Below, piece after piece: positions 1 to 11,020 of a stretch of 44,979 nucleotides of DNA (position 1 is the stretch's first letter; each line of letters begins with the position of its first letter). Made by a program: the position numbers and the translations under genes. Under the pieces are notes generated by a model. It had not been told where the DNA came from and made no database searches. It worked only from the letters and a program-made list of their open reading frames with translations. Source of the DNA: Octopus bimaculoides (taxonomy: Eukaryota). Location: the NCBI RefSeq assembly GCF_001194135.2, contig NC_068990.1, forward strand, positions 87,268,503 to 87,313,481. The letters are read 5' to 3'.

Positions 1-72
1 ACACATACAATAGGAATACAAAATGGCTGATATTTAGCAAGGTGAGACACACATAAGAAGGAAGGAAACAAA

Positions 73-117
73 GGACCACTGATGAGGTCACAGAAGTGTG
101 ACGAAAGAACTCTGGCC
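73..117 (+). ncRNA. Minimal type I hammerhead ribozyme motif, Penelope-like-element type, slightly degenerate
   Basis: CTGATGA core 79-85; extra G86; perfect 6-bp stem II GTCACA/TGTGAC (87-92/97-102) with GAAG loop; GAAA 103-106; short stem III AG-AA-CT followed by C112 as the putative cleavage site; stem I GG(A)CCA 73-78 pairs with TGGCC 113-117. Confidence 0.55.
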
Positions 118-278
118 GAAATAAGATTAAGATTAATGTAATATAAAGCTGAAGCAAATTAACACCAAATATACAGTGCGTGTGTTTTTATTGGCTAAAC
201 TGGCAATATGACCATCCCCAAGTACAACATCTGTTTCAACACACTATTTCACATCAAAAATCTTGCAAAACAAATATG

Positions 279-284
<6 letters not shown>

Positions 285-316
<32 letters not shown>
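285..316. repeat. (TA)n microsatellite
   Basis: Uninterrupted TA run, followed by TACA/CA units. Confidence 0.95.
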
Positions 317-320
<4 letters not shown>

Positions 321-448
321 CATACACACACATCTTTTTCAGTTTGTCAATTTTGTACAATTTCCTAGAATTTACACCATAATAATTGCTTGTTTTGATA
401 TGAAAACAAATGAACAATGAGAATCCTCATTTTGTTTGTGTATTTTAG

Positions 449-550
449 GTTTTGCGAAGTTACGTTCCAAACATCAATCATATGATTGTATCAAAATATT
501 CCAAATTTTTACTGAATCCCCAAAAGATTTCACAACAGATACTTAACTAA
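449..550 (+). CDS. Candidate terminal coding exon of an unidentified upstream gene
   Basis: T-rich tract ending TAG at 446-448. Two frames are open to a stop: phase 0 VLRSYVPNINHMIVSKYSKFLLNPQKISQQILN* (stop 548-550) and phase 1 GFAKLRSKHQSYDCIKIFQIFTESPKDFTTDT* (stop 544-546). AATAAA at 704-709. No homology recognised. Confidence 0.22.
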   Translation, partial: VLRSYVPNINHMIVSKYSKFLLNPQKISQQILN

Positions 551-1271
551 CAAAGTAGCTATCTATGGTTGTGTTCACTAATCTAGATACCAATGTCTTT
601 AATGACTTTGTTTAGTAGCCAGCTGTTCAATCTACTAGTGTTCACTACTGTTAACTAATTGTCTGACATTCCTGATTGTTGAAATTTTTCAGTGTTCTAT
701 GAAAATAAATTGACTGCTGTTTGGACAAATTGCAGTCACCATTTATTGAAATATTTTCAGCTTAAATATGTGGGTTATCTTTTTCTTTATTATCATCATC
801 TACTTTTGAGAGCAGAGAAATATTTTCTGTGGTTTACTTGAGGCTCATTTCTCACTCACTATTTTGTTGAAAATCTTAATTCTCGAGTGGGTTCTATGTT
901 CTAGTCTGATGATTAACTAGTGACTAAATAGTTGGAGGCTTATTCTATTTGTGCAAATGACCCAGCTGTCGGGGTCAGGCGACCCAGTTCTTTGTTTGCT
1001 TGGCACTTTTGATTTATAAAATCAAATGTTAAAATTCCAAAACATACTGCAGAACAATCATTTCCTGGCTTATTGATATTAAAGTGGTGAAGCTGGACAC
1101 TACTTCTGAGTCAAAGATTAACGACCTTAATCATTTTTATCGTAATTGTTTTAAAACTGATCCCCTAATGTTGAAAATACGTAAACTATGTCACCAGCAA
1201 TAGTTTGTAGACGAGTCTTTGACATAGTTTCAGATTCTCATTTCTCAAACCAAATCCACTTCTCTTGAGCT

Positions 1272-1500
1272 TTAACCCTTTAAGCGTTTAAACCGGCCAT
1301 ATCTGGCTCTGATAGTCTACATGTTTTATATTCAAACTGGCGATGTCTAGCCTCTCACACCTAACCTACATTGATATTCTAAAAATAAACAATCACATCA
1401 TTGAAACCTCAAAGCTATAAGATAATGCATGATTAATTCAAAACAATTTGAGTGAAAAAGTATTACATTTAACAGAGTAATCTGAACACGAAAGGGTTAA
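1272..1500. mobile_element. Non-autonomous piggyBac-type MITE with TTAA target duplication
   Basis: TTAA 1272-1275, then CCCTTT...AAAGGG (1276-1496), then TTAA 1497-1500; imperfect terminal inverted repeats; no ORF. Confidence 0.75.
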
Positions 1501-1952
1501 TGCTCTTGAGAAATGCTTGATTCACCTAATCACATTCTCCTTAAAAAAGTTTGGCCTTGTTCTTCAGCTGGAAGTACATTTTGTTTAGCCCTAAATAATC
1601 TCTCATCAACCAGACCTGTGATCAGAAGCATTCCAGATGTGACCACCCTCATTTTTTTTTTTTTCAAGCATACTATACATTATCTCTTATGTTTTTTCCA
1701 TATTTTCAAGAGAGTAGGGTGTGGTTTGAGTGAGATTTGGCTGCTTTTTCTAGCTTCCTGATTGGCTCAATTGTCCCCTTAAAATAAACTTGAGTCACCA
1801 CAATTTGACATTTCAATTTCCAGATGTGTAACCTTCCAAACTTGACAATTGTTTTCTCCCAAATGCTGGATGGTTTCTCTTGAATTGTTGGCATTCTTTC
1901 ATTTACATTGTTTTCATACAATGAAAAGTCAGCCACATTTCATTTCTTTCTT

Positions 1953-1978
1953 TCTCTCTCTCTCTCTCTCTCTCTCTC
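1953..1978. repeat. (TC)n microsatellite
   Basis: Direct reading. Confidence 0.95.
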
Positions 1979-2018
1979 ATAAGATGGATTGCAACATTTT
2001 TGTCATAGAAATATATTT

Positions 2019-2260
2019 ATTTTTTTACTACCCACAAAGGGCTAAACATAGAGGGGACAAACAAGGACAGACAAAGGGTTAAAGTCGACTACATCGACCC
2101 CATTGCGTAACTGGTACTTATTTAATCGACCCCGAAAGGATGAAAGGCAAAGTTGAACTCTGAACGTAACAGCAAACGAAATACCGCTAAGCGTTTCGCC
2201 CGGTGTGCTAACGATCCTGCCATCTCGTTACCTTATATATAACGATCCTGCCAGCTCGCC
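2019..2260 (-). mobile_element. tRNA-headed SINE (family A) with 17-bp target site duplication
   Basis: TSD GTCATAGAAATATATTT at 2002-2018 and 2261-2277. The minus strand reads GGCGAGCTGGCAGGATCGTT...GCCTTTCATCCTTTCGGGGTCGAT. Homologous to the copies at 33623-33836 and about 17150-17268. Confidence 0.85.
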
Positions 2261-2421
2261 GTCATAGAAATATATTTTTTAAACGTGTGTATGTTTGTAT
2301 GCATGTATGTGTTGGTCATTATGGACCTTAACATTGTTGCTTTTATTGTTTATCCTTAGGTCAGCCCTGAATTGGTAGACCTGCAATCAGACCATTACTG
2401 TCCAGTCTGTTTTATGTTGTA

Positions 2422-3707
2422 TCAGGTATCCCATAAGTTCTGTCCGAATTTTGAATACAGAAAACAAGTGATCAAATGTTATATTTAATTTAAATTTAAT
2501 CATCAATGTACTTTCCCTGATTATCTATGACTTCCTTCCATCTATTTACAAGCTTTTTAATCCCATCAATGTAAAACTCTTTTGGTTTCAAAGCGAAGAA
2601 CTCTGAAATGTCAGTTTCGACCTCCTCCTGTCTTGCAAAAGTTATGTCCCCTAAATGTCTGTAAACTACGAAACAAATGGTAGTCTGAAGGAGCAAGGTC
2701 GGGAGAATAAGGTGGATGAGGAATTTTTTCCCAACCAAGCTCTTCGATCTTCTGTGATATGATCTTTGCAGTGTGGGGTTGTGCATTGTCCTAATGAAAC
2801 ATATCACTCCTTGATTCACTAAAGCGGGTATTTTTTTCTTCAAAGCTTGGTTCAAACGCTCTAATTGCTGACAGTAGACTTGAACATTGATTGTTGCATT
2901 AGATGGTAACAATTCAAAGTGAATTTACTCCTTTGCAATCCAACCAGATAGAGAGAAGAACGTTTTTCCCATGAAATTCCCTTCTCGCTTGTGGTTGAGC
3001 TCTTTCCTTTTTACCAAGCCACTGTTTACGACGTTTAATATTTCAATAGAAGATCTATTTTTCGTACCAGTCACAAGCCTATCCAAAAAGGATGAAATGA
3101 GTTTGCGAGAATGGAGAGAAGAGCAGTTGTCAACTCTGGAGTTGTGGTTGCTTTCGGACAATTCATGAGGCACCCATTTTCGAAGTTTAGGAACCTTTCC
3201 AAGTTGTTGAAGATGACAATGAACAGTTGTAAGGTTTCAACTGAGCTTTATTGCCAATTCTTCAACTCATAATGCAGGATTTTCTTCAAGTAATGCCTCA
3301 AGGAGCTTATCATCAAACTCAACTGGACATCCTGTTTGATCTTCATCTTCGAGGCTGAAATTTTCACTTTTGAATTTTGCAAACCATCTTCTGCAAGTTC
3401 TTTGAGTCGAGCATTCTTTCCCATAAACTGAGTGTATGTTTCGAGTCGCTTTGGCTGCAGAGTTTCCCTGTTTTGTACTCATAAAGCATTATGTGCCTCA
3501 AATGGTCTTTGGACACTTCCATGTTAGAAAGGGTTTTAATCAAAGAAATTTTAATTCTCTTATTCTGTAAAATAATATTTAATTTGTTTAAATGTACACA
3601 AATGCATAAAAATAATTTTTAATTCCATTAGACATTCTAAAATACTATTAAATTTCATTCAATTTTTAAAAAAAGTAAAATCGGACAGAACTTATGGGAT
3701 GACTTAA
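2422..3707 (-). mobile_element. Full-length Tc1/mariner (mariner, D34D) DNA transposon, 1286 bp, TA-flanked
   Basis: Terminal inverted repeats TCAGGTATCCCATAAGTTCTGTCCGA (from 2422) and TCGGACAGAACTTATGGGATGACTTAA (3681-3707); TA at 2420-2421 and 3708-3709; transposase remnants inside. Confidence 0.93.
2496..3522 (-). pseudogene. Inactivated mariner transposase
   Basis: ATG at 3522 (MEVSKDHLRHIMLYEY); HTH region GNSAAKATRNIHSVYG/RRWFAKFKSENFSLED; WVPHEL at 3176-3159; FLDRLVTG with a frameshift at the first catalytic D; FH*DNAQPH with an in-frame TAG; PHPPYSPDLAPSDYHLF with exactly 34 residues between the second and third D; stop at 2496. Confidence 0.92.
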
Positions 3708-6700
3708 TATATCCAGTACTAAATATGTCCAACATGTTTATTTATTGAAGTTGTAGGGTGTCATTTAAGGCAGATTAGGTGGTCCTGGTCCTTAACGAAT
3801 ATATGTGTTTGTAAATTGCATAGGTGTTCACTTGTTTATCTGAATCTTGGAAGAAAGTGTTTGTAGATATTACTGCATATAATAAAGCCAAGTCAACAGG
3901 TATAGCTAATTAAGTTAGCAATATGGGTGAATACTGAGCTCTTAGAATAATAAAAACCCTTACCCATATACGTCATTTGGGGGATAGTTGAGAGCATTAA
4001 ACATCCTATATTTCATGAGAATGGTATCTCTGAATTAAATAGTTTCTTCATACCGATTCTACTCACTGCTTTAGCAAATACAGTGAAGGCCAGGGTTTAC
4101 AGATGAAGCCAGAATAAGACTGAAGCATATGTAGATATATTTCTTTTTTTTTTATCTGGTAAAATAAAAACTAGTTATGCACAAATGCCTTTTTCTTCAC
4201 CATTTATGTCTAGCTAGATTTTTGGCCTTCTTTGCATGAGGTTGTTGCTGTTAACCTATTTATCGCCTTCTCTCTTTCCTCCTCCAATCCCCTCCCCCAT
4301 CTTTCAGTCCCTCCCCCCTTCACTCGTACTACACATTAATTTCTAATTAGCTGTTTAACGCTCTTGTTAACTATGTTAACACTGACATACCTAAAGACTA
4401 ATTACTTGTAAAGGTCCTCAGCCTGTTTAATAGATTTCCTAAGGCGTTAGGTCAGTTTCGAAGCAAAGGCATGTCTGGTTGATCAAGTGGACACTAGCAC
4501 GTCGTTGGTACACACAGCATTTGAACTTAGAATGAAGAGGGATGAATAAATACTGTACAAAATTGAACCATACTCTCCTGTTCCAACTCTAGTTAGAGAA
4601 GCCCCTCTTTTTCTCATGCCTTTTTAATGGCAGCTAATTAGCAATAACTACTCGGTTGTTACAGCAATGCTCCTCTTGCGCTATCAGTTCAGTACTGCTT
4701 CGTTATTTGTGTGGGAGTAAGATGCAAACATACTGGTTGTTGCAGCAGTTACTACTGGCGATATTTAATAATGACTGAATTATCTATTTGGCGAGTGAAA
4801 AATATCTACTGACGAACATTCAACAACTAAGCGTTGTTAGCCAGATTGTTCTAGAAGTGATTACTCTTTTCACGTAAATCCTCCTCTCTCTCTCTCTCTC
4901 TTGTTTAAGCATTTGTTTCAAAAAGAAAACTACAATAAAAATTTAGTTCTTATCTTTTTAAATCGTATTTTTATTTTTAAATGCATTTATCACTTTGCTT
5001 GCTTATTTTGATAAAACTTTTATAGTAACCTCCATTATTTTTATGTAACCTGGCTAAACTCAATGTATAAAAATTGAATTAGCTAAAACTAGAGGATGTG
5101 CTGGACTATTTGCTACATGGCTGTAGGTTCAAATCTTGCTAATATCATTATGCTGTGCCCTTTTTTGCTTCAGTTTGTGTGACTGACAAAAAGAAAAAGC
5201 AAAAAAAAAAAGAAAAAAAGAATGAAAACCTGACCATGAGTGTAGACAATATCCAGCTTCGAAAATAAAATCGATCCAACAATTAAACTATCTTATTCAT
5301 GCGTTGTTGGTTTATTTGTTGTGACCTGAACAGTCACGCATATCGAAACCGATTAGTGGTGAGCTGAATCATCAAGGTCGTCTGTCCCCACTGACCCCAA
5401 GTGAACATGCTCTGCTACAAGTATTGAGTACTTTTCCCTCTTTGTAAACTGCAATGTGTGTATTAATTTTAGCAATTACGTTTATATTTGTATTTGTGCA
5501 TACACCCACACATAGAGATAATTCTTAAAAATTGATTTTTTTTATTTTTTTTTTTTTTATTTACATTTAAGAAAAAGCATTTTTCATTACACAAGTGTGT
5601 ATTTTTATCCCTGTTAGATGCAGCAGTGATATTAGTTGATAAAGCAATGAACCACAATGGTCCACTTATGCAGGGAAAACGATGCATTTCCGCTATTTGT
5701 GTTATGAAATGAACAAAATCGAAAGCTATTTAATAACTATTTGAAAAAAAATGAATTAAGAAAATGAAACAAATTTTTAGCTTTGTCTTGAAAAATCGTT
5801 TTTTGTTGTTTTTTTTTGTTTTTTTAACAGTTTGAATACATACTTAATATTATATTTAAGATTAGTGTCAGTCTTAAGAATTATAACATTTATACATGTT
5901 TTAAATTTTAAGTCTGTCCTTAATCTTCCATAGAAAGAACTGCTTATGCCTAAGCCTTTTACTGTAGTGATATCATCTAGGACCACTAGAAAAAACAATT
6001 ACTCATTAAGAAAGCCGTATTATAATAGTTGTGGAATAAATACTTCCTAGTTTGTCTTTAGTAAGGTTTCTCTGAATTTCTGTTTTCAGTTTATCCTCAT
6101 TCTTTATTTACTTAATTCATAGAAGTCTCCACTTGTGCAATTGAGTTAGGTTCATCAAACTTTATACTCTGGTTATAGTGTTATACACTAATGTGCATTT
6201 TCTTTTTGCATTTGTTTCTTTTTATAAAAATTCTGGCTTGTGGCTAGTTGTTGTTTAGCCATAGGTCATCTCTAATCCAGCAGACCAATGATCAAGCATA
6301 TTCCAACTGTGATCAACTTTTCTTTTATTCAGGTGATATATCTAAGACTACATTACATTGTATCCATTTTATTTTTTATTTTTGTTAGTAGTGTTATTTG
6401 GAGGTGATTTGGCTTTTGTGTATTGCAAGTCAATCTTAGTCTTCCTCATTGTTAGTGGGGTAGATAGACCTGTTGGCTGAAATGGTAGAGCATCAGGCTT
6501 GTTTTGTTAGAATATTTATTGGGTTTCATTCCTTCACATCTTCAGCTTAAATCCTATTTGAGTCAATCAAAATAAATACTTGTAATTTATCAAATTATTC
6601 AGTTATACTACCATCTTTACAAAGGGATAAAATATTGGCCTTTTTTTTTTTTGTAAAAAATCAAAATTACTCTTGACGATGAGACTTCATTTATTTCAAA

Positions 6701-8094
6701 GCAATATCTGATCAAATTTATTCTTAGAAATATACAAGAAAGGAGTGTAAGAACCATAAATTACTAATGGTGAGCCTTGATGATACTGTTAAATCATTAA
6801 GGATCGTCTCTAGATAATTATGTAATTACTGGAGCTGGAAATGTTTTGCAATACAAGCCATTGAGGAAGCCACTACATGACTGTTCAACATGCTAGAAAT
6901 AGCTACATCACTTTCAGATCACACTCTTCTGTTTAGAAGGATTTCTTGTATAACATGGTGTAAGATAAACTATTTGAAAAGACTGGATGTTCACACCTCT
7001 ACAGCCCTGAGATCACATCGGGTTGACTGATCTGAGGTAGAACGTTCTCTTTCTATAGCTACAAAGTTTGAGGCACCATCTGTGACAGTTACTGCAGCTG
7101 TCAACTAAATAGATTTTAAACTGTTTTCTTTCTTTGATATATTACTCAAAGTTAATGCTACCATTTCAAGCAACATTTGGAAAATTAGTCTGTTGTTGTT
7201 TACAGTATTGGAAGTGTTTGCTAGCCTGTTCTTGCCATTCTTAGACAAGTCTTAGGCACATCTAAAGAAAGTGAGACTCAATATGATGAAACTATGTTTG
7301 TTGGAAACCTGTTACTTAACTGTTGAGTTAATCGGTTATTACATTATTGACAATGTTGGTGATTATTAAAACTCATTTTGCATGTCCTACATAGAATAAG
7401 AGCTCTTGATTCTAAGTGTATTTACTCTTTAACGTTCATAGTATCCATGGCGTTAGACATAGAAAGAGTGAATGTAGTGATTTCATGGATATATCTTTGT
7501 ATGGTATTAGAGTGTGTATTTGTAACATGGGAAAATGATGGAATTAAACAAAAAAATTGTGATTTCCTGCGATTTGCTGGGAGATTTTGTTGCTTCCAAA
7601 GGTCAGGTCAACAATGCAATCTGTGACAAATTTTTTCAAAGACCATTGCTTTTAAAGTGTTCTCGTTCAGTCAGTTTGGATGTAGAACATGGCAGCTGAA
7701 GATGATTGAAGAAATTTTATGAATTGAAATGTGGTATAAATGAAGACCTACAAAGTGAGGTGACCCTGTTGAATGTGTATTTCTCTGGTGTAATCCATTA
7801 CCTTATTGTATAGGAAATTCAGAGACGTAGGTAGTAAAGTGGTTGTACTTAATGAAATATTAGTTATTAAACAGCTCTGGTCTTCAGATCTTGGGAATTC
7901 TCACCTTCCATCTTGTTCATATTGATTCGTATGAGGCTAAAGTATATTTCAAACGAGCTCCTATTGAACTGTCTCAACTTTCATTGTGTGAAAGCTTTAT
8001 CATTGCAGACTGCTCACTGCAGCAGCCGTGTGCTATATATTTGTTATCTAATTTTTATTGCTCACCCATTGTATCTCTTTGTTTACATCACTCT

Positions 8095-8300
8095 TTGTCT
8101 GTCTGTCTCTCTCTCTTTCCCTGTGTGTGTGTCTCTCTCTCTTTCCCTGTGTGTGTGTGTGTGTCTCTCTCTCTCCCGCGCTCTCTCTTTCGCCTGCTCT
8201 CTCTTTCCCTCTTTCGCTTTTCCCCTCTCTTTCTCTGTCCTCTCCTCCCCCTCTCTTTCTCTGTCCTCTCCTCCCCCTCTCTTTCTTTGTCCATCTCACT
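8095..8300. repeat. Compound CT/GT-rich low-complexity tract
   Basis: Repeats such as TCTCTCTTTCCCTGTGTGTG and CTCCTCCCCCTCTCTTTCT; this explains several spurious ORFs on both strands. Confidence 0.9.
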
Positions 8301-8576
8301 TTTCCTGTCTCAGAAACGACCTAGAATACAAGAACCTCTTTTCCATTCCAGCACCTATTTCCTTCTGCAATTGAGGTTGCTGAAGCTGGTTTTAGTTACT
8401 TTGAACTTGGGTGTATATATGAGACTGCAATATATACAGTTTCTTTTTAAACTGTTAAGGTGTATAATATGGTTTTCCCCAATAACCTATTTACTAAACT
8501 CGGTCAAAAATGTATTAAGTTTCTGTTTAAATTCTCTTAACACCTAATATATTGGCAAAATGATTATAAAACTTGT

Positions 8577-8835
8577 TTAACACTTTCATTACTGTATTTA
8601 TTTTGAGATTCATCATTACTGTATTTATTTTGAGATTCTCTGTGTTTCTTTCAATTATTTTAAATATAACAAAGAATTTAGTAAAATAGCTTAGTTATCA
8701 TCAATCTAGTGTTAGGAACATTAATTGTGACTAAGGTTTGGTGGAAGATTTTAATTCAAAATTTATGAAAACAAGACATTTGTACTACAGAGCCAGAGCC
8801 GGTTTCGGCCGCAAGGTTTGTAATGAAAGGGTTAA
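8577..8835. mobile_element. Second piggyBac-type MITE with TTAA target duplication
   Basis: TTAA 8577-8580 and 8832-8835; TIR CACTTTCATTAC (8581-8592) versus GTAATGAAAGGG (8820-8831), 11/12 match; internal 26-bp duplication at 8586-8611/8613-8638. Confidence 0.75.
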
Positions 8836-9249
8836 ATGTTCATTTGATGATTCTTTTGTGAAAAGAGTCTAGTCCTAAATTCTTTGTATTGGTGCCTTTA
8901 ATTTAGGGGTTATTTGTTAAAGTGAAGGTAGTGAGCTGGTAGAATTGTTACTCAGAAGGCTTGGCAGCATTTCTTTTTGCTGTTTAAATGCTGCTGAGGT
9001 CAGCTTTGCCTTTCGTCTTTTGGAGATTGATAAAATAAGTACCAGTTTAGTACTAGGGTTGACGTTACTGACTTCTCCACTACCCCTAGAATTGCTGGTC
9101 TTGTGTCAAATACAGAAGGAATTATCAAAGTGTAAGCTGGCCAAACAAGTGATGCTCTGTGTTAAAAAAATAATTAAAAAAATTAAAAAGAAATTCAGGT
9201 TTGTGAAATTATGTTTGCGTTTCATGAGACTGAATAAAAAATTCTTTCA

Positions 9250-9284
9250 TTTCTAAGGAGGGCCTCTGGCTGAAACATCAGAAC
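9250..9284 (+). ncRNA. Decayed hammerhead-like relic, probably inactive
   Basis: CTAAGGA (9253-9259; G-to-A in the CTGANGA core), extra G, stem II GGCC-TCT-GGCT, GAAAC 9272-9276, then ATC where GTC is expected, and a short TTT/AGA stem I. Confidence 0.35.
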
Positions 9285-10689
9285 TCATGCTTCCCCATAG
9301 AATGTGCATGCGTACAGACACACAGTCTTTCAACCAATAAATAATATTCGTCAGTGGGCAACATTTATCTATGCTGTATCCATATGGCCAATATGTTTGG
9401 ACTCGTGCTGCTAAATAGATTCAAAGGGGGAGGTGCAACTTACTGCTGTAATCAGCTGGTTCTCAAAACTTCTACTGGTTTTGTTGTTCTGCAGTGCAGA
9501 AGTCAGTGTTGATCTGTTCAATTAGGAAAACTGTCAAATCACTCTGTCATACTTACATTGGGTAAATAAATATTGGTTGATTGAGTAGACTTAGTGTTAA
9601 TAGATGAAGAAGGTCTTAGAAATGAAGTAAAATAGATTTTCTGCTTTTAAATCGATGCACAGAGTTTTTAGATAACCATGTATATTTTTGTTCTTTAGCT
9701 CTAAGCTCTCAAGTGAAGATCTGTGATCAAACACCTTGTTTACCCAGACTACTTTATCCAATGTTTTTATATGGTAGAGTGTGATTCAAGGGAAATTTGA
9801 GTGATATTTTTAGCAGGTTGAGAGATCTCATAGAGACTCTTTAGTTAGCTTGTGTTTTGTGTTGATAATTCTGTTGTGAAATATAAACAGTAAAAGCAGA
9901 GTACTTGTAAATCTTTAGTTGTTGATGTAGTGGTCTGTGGTGATAAATATCAAATAGCTGTTAGTTTATTTTGTGAATCTGGTCACTTTGCATTTGTTTG
10001 GTGGTCAGGCGAGATTTAGGGATGATAACTGTGTGAGAAGAAAGCTCCAAAGTATTAATGATTGACAGGTAGGTGTAAGGTAAGGAGATCAGCTCTTAAA
10101 AAGTTAGCTTTTATGGGTGTAATAAGAGTGGGCAGTGTTGATTTATTAGTTTTGGTTGTGGGTGGGTATGTTACTGTACAAGATCCATCGAATGATAGAG
10201 AGATCACAATACTATAGTGATAAGTTACTGTTACCTGAAATTATTTTTTTTATAGAAACATTGACATGTTGATATAAAAGTTAACCTTTGACCTAAGACA
10301 TGATAAAATACTTATTACTCAGAAGAAAATATACTTACCAAGTCTTGTGACCTTGTTAGTTTACCATCTGGGAGTGAAAAGCAAGCATTATGTTTATCTC
10401 TGCTTCTCTGAACACCTACTTACTCCTTCACCTATTTATTTAATCAATTTAAGCTTTGTATAAAGCTGGTAAACCATGGCAAGACTGAGAAAGGTATATA
10501 TTGATTGACGATGGATCTCTGTCAGTTGAGGACAAGGATTCAGTTTGAACAGTTGAATTATCCACTCATTTAATTAGCATTCAACAGACATAGGCACCCT
10601 TAATATTGTTCTTAGGCAGAATCAGTGTGGTACAGTATGTGACAAGTGTTGTGTCTTTCAATTAGTTACAATCCATTCTACAAACTTCT

Positions 10690-10850
10690 CTACAGCTTAT
10701 GGTTGCCCAGTTTTACTCACATGTACCTGTCAGCCCAAGGTTATAGAAAAGGACGCTTGCCTTAGATGCCACATGGTGAGATTGGACCATGAACCTTGTA
10801 GATGCATGCAAAGTGAACTTCTTAAACCATTCAGCCATACTGTACTTATG
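10690..10850 (-). mobile_element. Old tRNA-headed SINE fragment
   Basis: Degenerate similarity (CTTGCCTTAGATGCCACATGGTGAG...AAACCATTCAGCCATA) to the minus-strand SINE heads at 14930-15013 and 29480-29569. Confidence 0.4.
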
Positions 10851-10970
10851 GTATAATACATTGTCCCCTGTATATATTTAAAAAATAACTGTTAAAAGAG
10901 AAAGTACAGATAAAGAACAGATGTTTTTGTTGAATTTTTTAATAGCTTCCATGAATTGGAAGAACTTACT

Positions 10971-11020
10971 TATGGTTGGTAAATCCTTTTTATGGTTGGT
11001 AAATCCTTTTTATGGTTGGT
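10971..11020. repeat. 20-bp tandem repeat, 2.5 copies
   Basis: TATGGTTGGTAAATCCTTTT twice, then TATGGTTGGT. Confidence 0.9.

Noticed and set aside
7033-7040. TGAGGTAG, identical to the first 8 nt of let-7
   Set aside because: The following bases do not match mature let-7 and no precursor hairpin is evident; an 8-mer is expected by chance in 45 kb.
7891-8547. Longest ORF in the track (218 aa) and overlapping ORFs on both strands
   Set aside because: Non-ATG start; held open by the CT/GT low-complexity tract; no recognisable domain.
9314-9354. Minus-strand CTGACGA...GAAA with an AGAC/GTCT stem III, resembling a hammerhead
   Set aside because: Stem II does not pair, the cleavage-site base would be G, and stem I is absent.
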